From: Xanthobacteraceae bacterium
GTDB lineage: Bacteria > Pseudomonadota > Alphaproteobacteria > Rhizobiales > Xanthobacteraceae
NCBI GenBank assembly: GCA_029239875.1
Contig: JARBUD010000027.1
Location: forward strand, 4,290-68,289
DNA: 64,000 bases
Reading direction: 5' to 3'
Part shown: positions 1 through 8,659 of the stretch, one piece after another
How positions within the stretch are numbered: the stretch's first letter is position 1
Layout of the letters: every line of letters starts with the position of its first letter
Made by a program: the position numbers and the translations under genes
Notes under the pieces: generated by a model
The model's input: the letters and a program-made list of their open reading frames with translations, nothing else
Told to the model about the DNA's origin: nothing
Databases searched by the model: none

Positions 1-244
1 GGAAGGCCATGCGCCGGTGCGCTCGGACGTGTTCGAGGATGCGGCGGTGCTGAAGAAGTACCCCTTCTACAAGACCGGCCTCGACATCGTCGCCTCCGGC
101 AAGTCCTTCCCGATCTTCGCCTATTCGGCGCAGTACGAGGACGTGCTGGGCGCCCAGCTCTCGCTGGCGGCCGGCGGCCAGGCCAAGCCCGAGGACGCGC
201 TGAAGGCGGCGGCCGACGGCCTGACCCAGCTCCTCGCTAAGTGA
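1..244 (+). CDS. ABC transporter extracellular solute-binding protein, C-terminal fragment (gene starts left of window)
   Basis: The frame is open to the left edge. The C-terminal peptide (KKYPFYKTGLDIV...DALKAAADGLTQLLAK) looks like sugar-type binding proteins. A MalF/UgpA-like permease gene follows directly. Confidence 0.55.
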   Translation, partial: EGHAPVRSDVFEDAAVLKKYPFYKTGLDIVASGKSFPIFAYSAQYEDVLGAQLSLAAGGQAKPEDALKAAADGLTQLLAK

Positions 245-301
245 CCGCGCTCCTCACCAAATGATCGCCTTGGCGGGCGCTTCCCCCGAAGTGCCCGCCG
301 C

Positions 302-345
302 CCGGCGCGCCAGCTACCCCCTCGACTTGGCGCGCCGGCTTTTCT
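302..345 (+). terminator. Intra-operon hairpin/attenuator between the binding-protein and permease genes
   Basis: 11-bp GC stem CCGGCGCGCCA (302-312) / TGGCGCGCCGG (328-338), followed by CTTTTCT. Confidence 0.55.
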
Positions 346-371
346 GACCCTGACGAGACGGATAGACGAGC

Positions 372-1253
372 ATGCGCGTTCCGGCATTTGCGGATCGGGA
401 TTGGCGGACCGGCTGGGCCTTCGCCGCGCCGGGGCTGCTGACGCTCGCCGTCGTCATGGGCTTCCCGCTGGTCTATGCGGGGCTCATCTCGCTTTCCTCG
501 CTGACGCTGCTCAAGCCGATGCTCCAGCCCTTCGTCGGGCTGAAGAACTTCGCCACCGTCATGGCCGATCCGCTGTTCTGGAGCGCGCTGTGGCTGACCA
601 TCAAATATTCGCTCGTCACCGTCCTCGGCGAGTTCGTCGTAGGGCTCGGCATCGCGCTGATGCTCAACCGCACGGTGACGATGAAGCCGGTCTATTTCGC
701 GGTGCTGACCATTCCGATGGCGATGTCGCCGGTCAGCGTGGCGCTGATCTGGCGCATGCTGCTGCAGCCCAATCTCGGCATCGCCAACCAGGTGATGGAG
801 AGCCTCGGCCTGCCGCGCATCGACTGGCTGGGCAATGCGGACCTCGCCTTGTGGACGATGGCGGCCATCGATATCTGGCAGCAGACCTCCTTCGTCGTGC
901 TGATCCTCGCCGCCGGCCTCGCCTCGTTGCCGCGCGACCCCTATGAGGCCGCGGAGGTGGACGGCGCCACACCGCTCCAGCAGTTCTGGTACATCACCCT
1001 GCCGATGCTGCGGCCGGTGGCGGCAATTGCCGTCATCATCCAGCTCATCAACGAGTTCCGCACCTACGACCTGCCCTACATCCTCACCAAGGGCGGGCCG
1101 GGCAACGCGACCGAGGTGCTGAGCTTCTTCGCCTATCGCCGGGCCTTCCTCGGCCTCTCGCTCAACGAGGGCGCGGCCGCCGCCTTCGTGCTGCTGCTGA
1201 TCGTGCTGGGACTCACCATCCTGTTCTTCGCCACGCTCGAGCGCCGCCGGTAA
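372..1253 (+). CDS. Carbohydrate ABC transporter permease (MalF/UgpA-like)
   Basis: 293 aa, multi-span hydrophobic protein with binding-protein-dependent permease signature context (EAAEVDGATPLQQFWYITLPMLRP). Confidence 0.85.
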   Translation: MRVPAFADRDWRTGWAFAAPGLLTLAVVMGFPLVYAGLISLSSLTLLKPMLQPFVGLKNFATVMADPLFWSALWLTIKYSLVTVLGEFVVGLGIALMLNRTVTMKPVYFAVLTIPMAMSPVSVALIWRMLLQPNLGIANQVMESLGLPRIDWLGNADLALWTMAAIDIWQQTSFVVLILAAGLASLPRDPYEAAEVDGATPLQQFWYITLPMLRPVAAIAVIIQLINEFRTYDLPYILTKGGPGNATEVLSFFAYRRAFLGLSLNEGAAAAFVLLLIVLGLTILFFATLERRR

Positions 1254-1686
1254 GTACGTGACGCCGAAGACGTCGCCTAGTCAGTGGACGCTACCTCGGA
1301 ACGTATGTGCCGCGTCCAGCCATAGCGACATTTGTGTGGGCTTGACGACAACGAAAGGTGCGCGCAGCGCCGATGTGAGCCCATCGGCATAGAGCCGCGT
1401 TTCGCATCACGCGACTCGCGCGTAACGGCGGGTTCCTGTCGATCGATGCGGCGCTCCATGTCGAGCGCCCATTCCCCGGCATCTTTGCGATGCAGGAGAG
1501 TTCGTTGACCTATTGCCCTTTCCGACCGATCTAGGGCTCACCAGCAGCCGGATTTTAGTTTAGTGAAGATGGCTGATCCATGTGCGCCCGTGTGCACCCG
1601 CGCGTCGAAAATTCGGAGCCTGGGCGTGTCGGGGCGAAAAATCGAGTGCGCACGACGCGATTTGATGCTCTGGCGTTGCAGAAATA

Positions 1687-2715
1687 ATGTCGAAAAATCA
1701 AATATTTAGATTTTCCGTCGCGCCGATGATGGATTGGACGGACCGGAATTGCCGGGCGTTCCACCGCGTGCTGTCTCGCCGGACGCGGCTCTATACCGAG
1801 ATGGTCACGGCCAATGCGGTGATCTTCGGCGACCGCGAGCGGCTGATCGGTTTTTCGGATGTCGAGCACCCGCTGGCGGTGCAACTGGGCGGCTCAGACC
1901 CTGCGGCGCTGGCCAGGGCGGCGGCGATCTGTGCCGAGTGGGGCTATGCCGAGGTGAACCTCAATGTCGGTTGCCCCTCCGACCGCGTGCAGGGCGGCAA
2001 TTTCGGCGCCTGCCTGATGCGCGATCCGGCGCTTGTCGCCGATTGCGTGGCGGCGATGAAGGCGGAAGTCGCGGTCCCGGTCACGGTGAAGTGCCGCATC
2101 GGCGTCGACGAGCAGGACCCGGAAGTCGCGCTCGACGCGCTGGCCGACGCGGTGCTGGCCGCCGGCACGGACGCGCTCATCGTCCATGCCCGCAAGGCGT
2201 GGCTGGAAGGGCTCTCCCCGAAGGAGAACCGTGACATCCCCCCGCTCGACTACGGCCGCGTGCATCGCCTCAAGCAGCGCCTGTCGCAAGATTTTCCCGA
2301 CCTGCCGATCAGCATAAACGGCGGCATCGCCACGCTGGAGGAAGTGCAGGAGCAGCTCGCTCATGTCGATGGCGTCATGCTCGGCCGCGCCGCCTATCAC
2401 CAGCCCGAACTGCTGCTGCGCGTCGACAGCCTGTTCTTCGGCGAAGCCGACCCGCACGAGGACGCCTTCGTGGCCGTCGAGGCGTTCGAGCCCTACATCG
2501 CCGCCCATCTCGCCACCGGCGGGCGGCTGCACGACATCACCCGCCATATGCTCGGCCTGTTTACCGGCAGGCCGGGTGCCCGCGCGTTCCGCCGTCGCCT
2601 CGCTATCGACGGGGTGAAGGCGGATGCCGGTCTCGACGTGCTGCGCGCCGCGGTCGACGAGGTGCGCCGGGCGGAAGAGCGGCGCGGCGACGAAAGGCGC
2701 ATTCTGGTGGCGTAA
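1687..2715 (+). CDS. dusA: tRNA-dihydrouridine(20/20a) synthase DusA
   Basis: 342 aa. The N-terminus FSVAPMMDWTDRNCRAFHR and the rest of the sequence are typical of DusA. Confidence 0.9.
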   Translation: MSKNQIFRFSVAPMMDWTDRNCRAFHRVLSRRTRLYTEMVTANAVIFGDRERLIGFSDVEHPLAVQLGGSDPAALARAAAICAEWGYAEVNLNVGCPSDRVQGGNFGACLMRDPALVADCVAAMKAEVAVPVTVKCRIGVDEQDPEVALDALADAVLAAGTDALIVHARKAWLEGLSPKENRDIPPLDYGRVHRLKQRLSQDFPDLPISINGGIATLEEVQEQLAHVDGVMLGRAAYHQPELLLRVDSLFFGEADPHEDAFVAVEAFEPYIAAHLATGGRLHDITRHMLGLFTGRPGARAFRRRLAIDGVKADAGLDVLRAAVDEVRRAEERRGDERRILVA

Positions 2716-3551
2716 TGCTCGAAACCATCCCTCTGGACCATCTGCTCTGGCTCGCCGGCGCACTTCTCGTCGCGGGCTTCGCCACCGGCATCCTCGCCGG
2801 CCTGTTCGGCATCGGCGGCGGGGCGATCATCGTCCCCGTGCTGTACGAGGTGTTCGGCGCGGTCGGGATCGACCACGACGAGCGCATGCATCTGGCGGTG
2901 GGCACGGCGCTCGCCATCATCGTGCCCACCGCGCTGCGCTCCTTCCTCGCCCATCGGCGACGGACCAAGGTGGATGACAGCCTTCTCAGGCAATGGGCGG
3001 CGCCCATCGTCGCCGGCGTCATCGCCGGCACGGTGCTGGCGGCCATCTCCAACGACGTGGTGCTGAAGATCGCCTTCGTCGCCTTCGCTGCGCTGATGTC
3101 CAGCAAGCTGCTGTTCGGCCGCGACAGCTGGGTGGTGGCCGACCAGCTGCCCGGCCGTGTGCCGATGGCGCTCTACGGCTTCGGCATCGGCGCCTCGGCG
3201 CCGCTCATCGGCATCAGCGGCGGCGGCATCGCTACCGTCGTGCTCACGCTCTACCGTGTGCCGATCCACACCGCCATCGCCACCTCGGCCGGCCTCGGGG
3301 CGCTCATCGCGGTGCCCGGCACCATTGGCTACATCATCAGCGGCCTGCCGCATATGGACGAGCTGCCGCCGCTCTCGCTCGGCTACATCTCGCTGCCCGG
3401 CCTCGTGCTGGTCGGCGGGGTGGCGACGCTGGTGGCGCCGCTCGGCGCGCGGATGGCGCACGCCTTCTCCAAGCGCCAGCTGGAGGTCGGCTTCGGCATC
3501 TATCTGCTGCTGGTCGGGCTGCGCTTCGTGCTGGCGCTGGCCGGCATCTGA
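2715..3551 (+). CDS. TSUP/TauE-SafE family anion exporter-like membrane protein (DUF81)
   Basis: 278 aa, polytopic, with GLFGIGGGAIIVP motif. The ATG overlaps the dusA stop (TAATG). Confidence 0.8.
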   Translation: MLETIPLDHLLWLAGALLVAGFATGILAGLFGIGGGAIIVPVLYEVFGAVGIDHDERMHLAVGTALAIIVPTALRSFLAHRRRTKVDDSLLRQWAAPIVAGVIAGTVLAAISNDVVLKIAFVAFAALMSSKLLFGRDSWVVADQLPGRVPMALYGFGIGASAPLIGISGGGIATVVLTLYRVPIHTAIATSAGLGALIAVPGTIGYIISGLPHMDELPPLSLGYISLPGLVLVGGVATLVAPLGARMAHAFSKRQLEVGFGIYLLLVGLRFVLALAGI

Positions 3552-3556
3552 GCCGG

Positions 3557-4285
3557 CTACTGGTCGAGCACCTTCGCCCGCATCACCAGCTTCTCGCCGC
3601 GGATCTCGAAGCTGGCGAGGCGCGAGAGGAAGCTCATGCCGAGCAGGCTGTGCTTGAGCGTGCCAGGGCTGGCGATCAGCGCCGGGACGTCGCGCTCCTC
3701 GATGGAGCCGGCGATCGACACGCGGTCGAGCACCACGGCGGCGGCCTTGCCGCGGCCATTGGCGGTGTCGATCGGGATGTCGTAGCGCAGGAACTCGATG
3801 GGCAGGCCGACCGCCACTGCGTCCTCCGGGGTGAGCACCACGCTGGAGGCGCCGGTGTCGACCAGCATGGGGATGCGGTTGCCGTTGATCTCGACGCGCA
3901 CGTTGAAGTCGCCGTCGCGGGCCCGAGCGACCTCGACCGCCGGCCCGCCGCTCTGGCTCAGCGGCACGGCGTAGCCCGGCGCCAGTTCCGCCAGCACACG
4001 ATAGGCGACGGCGTGCAATTCGTAGCGATAGGTGTAGCCCACGCCGAGCACGGCGAAGATCGCCAGCCACAGCAGGGCCGCGCGCAGCGCCTCGCCGAGG
4101 CGGCCGGTAAAGCTGGCGAAGAGGCCGGCGCCGACGACCAGCAGGATCGACGAATAGAAGACGAGATGGGCGATCTCGCCGGCGCCCAGACCGCCGACCG
4201 TGCCGTAGCTCGACGCCCAGAAGATCAGCCCGACGCCGGCGGCGAGGCCGATGACGACGGTCCACATCACGCGGTCCGCGTTCAT
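3557..4285 (-). CDS. Membrane-anchored retropepsin-like (clan AA, TIGR02281-type) aspartic protease
   Basis: Internal start MNADRVMW at 4285, followed by N-terminal TM helices. C-terminal domain has the DTGAS active-site motif (LVDTGASSVVLT). The track ORF 3557-4609 is over-extended. Confidence 0.8.
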   Translation of the reverse strand: MNADRVMWTVVIGLAAGVGLIFWASSYGTVGGLGAGEIAHLVFYSSILLVVGAGLFASFTGRLGEALRAALLWLAIFAVLGVGYTYRYELHAVAYRVLAELAPGYAVPLSQSGGPAVEVARARDGDFNVRVEINGNRIPMLVDTGASSVVLTPEDAVAVGLPIEFLRYDIPIDTANGRGKAAAVVLDRVSIAGSIEERDVPALIASPGTLKHSLLGMSFLSRLASFEIRGEKLVMRAKVLDQ

Positions 4286-4452
4286 GACGCCACCTTCCGC
4301 GACAGGCGGGCCATGACGGCGCGGCGCTCGGCCTCGCTCATCGTGCTCCAGGCGCCGATCTCCTCCACCGTGCGGTGGCAGCCGAGGCACACCCGGCCGG
4401 CGGCGTCGAGGACGCACACGGAAACGCAGGGGGTGGAGATATCGGTCGGCAT
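4282..4452 (-). CDS. DUF1289 family small Cys-rich protein
   Basis: 56 aa: MPTDISTPCVSVCVLDAAGRVCLGCHRTVEEIGAW... The stop overlaps the start of the protease gene (ATGA). The track ORF 4282-4776 is over-extended. Confidence 0.7.
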   Translation of the reverse strand: MPTDISTPCVSVCVLDAAGRVCLGCHRTVEEIGAWSTMSEAERRAVMARLSRKVAS

Positions 4453-4466
4453 GAGATTCGAAACGC

Positions 4467-5264
4467 TCAAGGGTGCCGCGCGAAGATAAGCAGACCCAGA
4501 AGGAAGGCAATCTCGACGACGAGGGTTGCGGTGCCCGCGACGTCCCCCGTCTGCCCGCCGAATTGGGCGCGGGCAAGGCGGACGACACCGAAAAAGGCAG
4601 TGATTCCAAGGATAAGGGCGGCGGCGAGGGAAAGCGGGCCGAAGGTGGGGATAATCATGAACGCGGCGATCACGAGGGCGAGGCCCAGCGCCGCGTTGCG
4701 GCTCTGCCGGCTCGGGATACCGGCGTTGCGCGCGAGGCCGTCGGCGCGGGCGAAGGGCAGGGCGGCGACCAGCCACAGCCCGGCGAAACGTGCGGTCGCC
4801 GTCGCCGCGATCAGCCCGCAGGCGGCGGCGAACGCACCGCTGGCGATCAGCGCCGCCAGCGCGCCGATGCGCAGGGCGAAGGCGAGGATGAGCGCACAGA
4901 CCCCGAAGGAGCCGACGCGGCTGTCCTTCATGATCTCCAGTCGGCGGGCGATGCTGTTGCCGCCGAGCGCATCGGCGACGTCGCCGAGGCCGTCCTCGTG
5001 CAGCGCGCCGGTGATCGCCACCAGCACGCCGACCGCGAGCGTCGCCGCGAGGAAGGCGCCGAGGCCGAGCGCATGGGCGACGACCAGCACCACGGCGCCG
5101 ATCAGGCCGAGGATGGCGCCGGCGATGGGGAAGGCCGGACCGAGCCGGTCGAGGTCGGGCGGGCCGTCGATCGGCGGCTCGGAGGGCAGCCGCACGGGCA
5201 GTCGCGAGAGGAAGCGCAGGGCCGGCAATATCTCGCGCACGACGTCTCCCGGAGCGGGACGCAT
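4467..5264 (-). CDS. cobS: Adenosylcobinamide-GDP ribazoletransferase (cobalamin synthase) CobS
   Basis: Start MRPAPGD at 5264. Polytopic, with [14 protein letters not shown] and [10 protein letters not shown] motifs typical of CobS. Confidence 0.85.
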   Translation of the reverse strand: MRPAPGDVVREILPALRFLSRLPVRLPSEPPIDGPPDLDRLGPAFPIAGAILGLIGAVVLVVAHALGLGAFLAATLAVGVLVAITGALHEDGLGDVADALGGNSIARRLEIMKDSRVGSFGVCALILAFALRIGALAALIASGAFAAACGLIAATATARFAGLWLVAALPFARADGLARNAGIPSRQSRNAALGLALVIAAFMIIPTFGPLSLAAALILGITAFFGVVRLARAQFGGQTGDVAGTATLVVEIAFLLGLLIFARHP

Positions 5265-5272
5265 GGGACGCC

Positions 5273-5923
5273 TCACCGCTCGATCAGGAAGTCGCCCGGC
5301 GGGCGGCGGTGCTCCCAGCCGGCGCGCTCGAGCTCGGGAATGTCCGAGCGTTCGGCCGGATAGCCTATGCACAGATAGCCGACCAGCCGCCAGCGTTCGG
5401 GCAGGTCGAGCGCGCTTATGACCGCCTGCGGGTCGAGGATCGACACCCAGCCGATCCCGATGCCGCGCGCCGCGGCCGCTAACCACAGCGTGTGGATGGC
5501 GAGCACGGCGGAATAGGCGACGGTCTCCGGCATGCTGGCGCGCCCCAGGCCGTGGCCGGCTTCCGGCTCGGGCTCGACGAAGACGGCGAACTGCTCCGGC
5601 GCGTCGTCGAGGCCGGCGAGCTTGAGCCGCGCATAGAGCCCGGCGCGCTCCTCCGGCTGGAGCGCGAGGGCGTCGGCGTTCGAGGCCTCGAACACCGCCC
5701 GCACCGCCGCCCGGCGCGCAGGCTCGCGCACCCGCACGAAGCGCCAGGGCTGGCTCAGGCCCACGCTCGGCGCCTGCGCCGCGCAGGCGAGAAGATCGGC
5801 GAGGTCGGTCTCATCCAGTGCCCGCCTGTCGAAGCGGCGCACGTCCCGCCGCCAGGCGAAGAGCGCGTCCAGCCCTTCGCGGAAGGCGGCGTCGAAGGCG
5901 GGAGGGGCGGGCGTCTGTGACAT
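5273..5923 (-). CDS. bluB: 5,6-dimethylbenzimidazole synthase BluB (nitroreductase fold)
   Basis: [28 protein letters not shown] and GIGWVSI blocks match BluB. It sits between cobS and cobT. Start chosen is MSQTPAPP at 5923. Confidence 0.75.
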   Translation of the reverse strand: MSQTPAPPAFDAAFREGLDALFAWRRDVRRFDRRALDETDLADLLACAAQAPSVGLSQPWRFVRVREPARRAAVRAVFEASNADALALQPEERAGLYARLKLAGLDDAPEQFAVFVEPEPEAGHGLGRASMPETVAYSAVLAIHTLWLAAAARGIGIGWVSILDPQAVISALDLPERWRLVGYLCIGYPAERSDIPELERAGWEHRRPPGDFLIER

Positions 5924-6030
5924 GGCCGTCGCCGTCGCGGGATTTAAGGGTTGCGCGCGCATGAGCCAGGGTCTACCCCGCCGCCGCGCCCGATGCGATC
6001 CCTTAATCTGGCTCCACCCACGAGACTTCC

Positions 6031-7053
6031 ATGCTGCGCTCCGCTTCCGGCCTGCCCTTCGACGACATCCGCAACCTCGTCGCCCAGATGCCGGGGCCGG
6101 ACAAGGACGCTCGCGCCGCCGCCGCGGCGCGGCAGGGGCAGCTGGTCAAGCCGCCCGGCGCGCTCGGCCGGCTGGAGGACATCGCGATCTTCATCGCCGG
6201 CTGGCAGGGCCGCGAGATCCCGCAGGTGAACCGGCCGACGGTCGCCGTCTTCGCCGCCACCCACGGCGTGGCGAGCCGGGGCGTCTCGCCTTATCCGCCG
6301 GAGGTGACCAAGCAGATGGTCGCCACCTTCACCGATGGGAAAGCGGCGGTGAACCAGATCTGCGGCGTGTTCGGTGCGGGCCTTCGCGTGTTCGACCTCG
6401 CGCTCGACATGCCGACGCCGGACATCGTCGAGCGCGACGCGCTGACCGAGGCCGAGTGCGCCGCCACCATGGCCTTCGGCATGGAGGCACTGGCCGGCGA
6501 GCCGGACCTGCTCTGCCTCGGCGAGATGGGCATCGGCAACACCACCGTCGCCGCCGCGATCTTCCACGGCCTCTATGGCGGCGAGGCCGCCGATTGGGTC
6601 GGTCCGGGCACCGGCGCCACCGGCGAGGTGCTCGCCCGCAAGATCGAGGCGGTGCGGGACGCGGTGGCGCGTTCTAAGGCGCATCTGGACGATCCGCTTG
6701 AAGTGCTGCGCAAGCTCGGCGGGCGCGAGGTGGCGGCGATGGCCGGCGCCATCCTCGCCGCGCGGCTGCAGCGCGTGCCGGTGGTGCTCGACGGCTATGT
6801 CGTCACCGCCGCCGCCGCCGTGCTGAAGGCGCTCGACCCCACCGCGCTCGACCATTGCCTCGCCGGCCATGTCTCGGCCGAGCCGGCGCACCGTGCGGTG
6901 CTGGAGCGGCTGGGGCTGCACCCGATCCTCGACCTCGGCATGCGGCTCGGCGAGGGCTCGGGGGCGGCGCTGTCGATCGGTGTGATCAAATCCGCGCTCG
7001 CCTGCCATGCCGGCATGGCGACCTTCACTGAAGCCGGCGTCGCGGAAGGTTGA
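6031..7053 (+). CDS. cobT: Nicotinate-nucleotide--dimethylbenzimidazole phosphoribosyltransferase CobT
   Basis: 340 aa with LGEMGIGNTT and GEGSGAAL motifs. Confidence 0.9.
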   Translation: MLRSASGLPFDDIRNLVAQMPGPDKDARAAAAARQGQLVKPPGALGRLEDIAIFIAGWQGREIPQVNRPTVAVFAATHGVASRGVSPYPPEVTKQMVATFTDGKAAVNQICGVFGAGLRVFDLALDMPTPDIVERDALTEAECAATMAFGMEALAGEPDLLCLGEMGIGNTTVAAAIFHGLYGGEAADWVGPGTGATGEVLARKIEAVRDAVARSKAHLDDPLEVLRKLGGREVAAMAGAILAARLQRVPVVLDGYVVTAAAAVLKALDPTALDHCLAGHVSAEPAHRAVLERLGLHPILDLGMRLGEGSGAALSIGVIKSALACHAGMATFTEAGVAEG

Positions 7054-7057
7054 GCGG

Positions 7058-7582
7058 ATGCGGCGCCGGCACACCCACGGCCGACGCGGCTGGCGGCCGG
7101 ACACGTTCCGCTCGATCCTCGTCGCGGCGGTGCTGGTCGGCGTGGCACTCATTGCCGAGCGCTTCGTGCCGGCGCTCACCGGTGCGGTGCGCATCTCCGA
7201 CGGCGACAGCTTCGAGCTCGGCGGCGAGCGCATCCGGCTCGACGGCATCGACGCGCCCGAATTGCACCAGAGCTGCGGCGCTTCCGACAATCGGTGGCCC
7301 TGCGGCGAGCGCGCCAGGGCGGCGCTGGAGGCGCTCGTCGCCGAGGGCAAGGTCAGTTGCCGCCCGGTCGACGAGGACCGCTATGAGCGCGCCGTCTCGG
7401 TGTGCGAGGCGGGCGGGCGCGACATTGCCGGGCGGCTCGTCGAGCAGGGCTGGGCGGTGGCGACGGGCTTCACCTACGCTTCCGAGCAGCGCGCCGCCCG
7501 CGAGGCCCGTCGCGGCATCTGGGCCGGCCCGTTCGACATGCCCGCCGACTGGCGCGCCGCGCATCCGCGCCCGGCGGGGTAA
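7058..7582 (+). CDS. Thermonuclease (SNase-like) family protein with N-terminal membrane anchor
   Basis: Start MRRRHTHG at 7058, then a TM segment. RISDGDSFEL..IRLDGIDAPE and ARRGIW motifs are typical of staphylococcal-nuclease homologues (ExoI-like). Confidence 0.75.
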   Translation: MRRRHTHGRRGWRPDTFRSILVAAVLVGVALIAERFVPALTGAVRISDGDSFELGGERIRLDGIDAPELHQSCGASDNRWPCGERARAALEALVAEGKVSCRPVDEDRYERAVSVCEAGGRDIAGRLVEQGWAVATGFTYASEQRAAREARRGIWAGPFDMPADWRAAHPRPAG

Positions 7583-7605
7583 GTGTTGCCTCGCAATTCC
7601 ACTTC

Positions 7606-7687
7606 CTCATCCGCGGGCTTGACCCGCGGACCCAGGGGGACCGGGCGCGCCCAGTCACTGGGTGGCCGGGTCAAGCCCGGCCATGAG
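7606..7687. repeat. Intergenic palindromic repeat, family C (GGGCTTGACCCGG arms)
   Basis: 82-bp element with ~24-bp terminal inverted repeats (CTCATCCGCGGGCTTGACCCGCGG ... GGCCGGGTCAAGCCCGGCCATGAG). It is the near-identical reverse complement of 21189-21270. Confidence 0.85.
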
Positions 7688-7731
7688 GGCGAGAGGGTGG
7701 CTAGTCGTCATCCCAAACCTCCTGGGATCAA

Positions 7732-7838
7732 CCTCATCCTGAGGTGCCCGGCCAACGGCCGGGCTCGAAGGATGCTCATCCGGGTGCGCTTGAGCGACCA
7801 TCCTTCGAGGCTCGCTACGCTGGCACCTCAGGATGAGG
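7732..7838. repeat. Intergenic palindromic repeat, family A (CCTCATCCTGAGGTGC...CCTCGAAGGATG), two inverted half-units
   Basis: Same half-unit found at 8608, 17281, 37029, 42535 and 48444. The outer arms CCTCATCCTGAGGTGCC / GGCACCTCAGGATGAGG are reverse complements. Confidence 0.85.
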
Positions 7839-7899
7839 GTGCTCATGGAATTGACCCGAGGTGCTTCCGGGCGGAGCCGTTCGCCCCTATCTAACGCCC

Positions 7900-8535
7900 A
7901 TGCCCTCCGACACCCTCGACGCCGTCCTGGCCGAGATCCGCGCCTGCCGCGCCTGCGTGGAACACCCGCGCGGAAAGCCGCTGCCGCACGAGCCGCGGCC
8001 GGTGCTGCATGTCGGGCCGAAGGCGCGCATCCTGATCGCCGGGCAGGCGCCGGGCACCAAGGTGCACGCCTCCGGCCGCTCCTTCGACGACGCCTCGGGC
8101 AAGCGCCTGCGCGACTGGCTCGGCATCGACGCGGAGACCTTCTACGACGCTGAGCGCATCTCCATCGCCGCCATGGGCTTCTGCTTTCCGGGGCAGGACG
8201 CCAAGGGCGGCGACCTGCCGCCGCGCCGCGAATGCGCGAGCCTGTGGCACGACCGGCTGTTCGCGGCGCGAAAGCCGTTCGAACTGGTGGTCGCGGTCGG
8301 CGCGGCCTCGCAGGCCTATCATCTGAAGCGGCTCGGGCTGGAGCGCTTCGCCGTCGGGGGGCTCACCGAGCGGGTGGAGCGCTGGCGCGAGATCTGGGAG
8401 GCGCGGGAGGCGCCGAGGATTGTCCCCCTGCCGCATCCTTCCTGGCGCAACACCGGCTGGCTGAAGCGCCATCCCTGGTTCGAGGCCGAGCTGGTGCCGG
8501 TGCTGCGAGCCGAGGTGGCGCGGTTGCTGGGATGA
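7900..8535 (+). CDS. Uracil-DNA glycosylase superfamily protein
   Basis: Start MPSDTLDAV at 7900. Has GQAPG motif (LIAGQAPGTK) and C-terminal HPS motif (PLPHPSWRN). Confidence 0.7.
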   Translation: MPSDTLDAVLAEIRACRACVEHPRGKPLPHEPRPVLHVGPKARILIAGQAPGTKVHASGRSFDDASGKRLRDWLGIDAETFYDAERISIAAMGFCFPGQDAKGGDLPPRRECASLWHDRLFAARKPFELVVAVGAASQAYHLKRLGLERFAVGGLTERVERWREIWEAREAPRIVPLPHPSWRNTGWLKRHPWFEAELVPVLRAEVARLLG

Positions 8536-8607
8536 CGGCTGGCGGCCTGCGTGCTTCGAGGTTGGCCTGCGGCCGGCATCCTCAGCATGACGAGGACACT
8601 AGGACAC

Positions 8608-8647
8608 CCTCATCCTGAGGTGCGAGCGTAGCGAGCCTCGAAGGATG
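8608..8647. repeat. Family A repeat, single half-unit
   Basis: CCTCATCCTGAGGTGCGAGCGTAGCGAGCCTCGAAGGATG. Confidence 0.8.
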
Positions 8648-8659
8648 CTCGCTACGGCC

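Noticed and set aside
5924-6030. Possible cobalamin riboswitch between bluB and cobT; a segment AGCCAGGGTCTACCCCGCC loosely resembles a B12 box.
   Set aside because: The spacer is only 107 bp. I cannot find the conserved GGGAA / GGTGAAAATCC-type core, and the B12-box match breaks down after AGCCAGG. A covariance-model scan (Rfam cobalamin models) would be decisive. I expect no hit.
7583-7899. Repeat-dense spacers (also 20914-21279, 37040-37199, 42441-42700, 48349-48583) considered as CRISPR arrays or as the short ORFs listed in the track.
   Set aside because: The repeats are palindromic units of several different families in mixed orientation, without regularly sized unique spacers, and no cas genes are present. 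The overlapping ORFs (for example 7583-7894, 7655-7846, 20964-21221, 42499-42693) simply translate repeat DNA.
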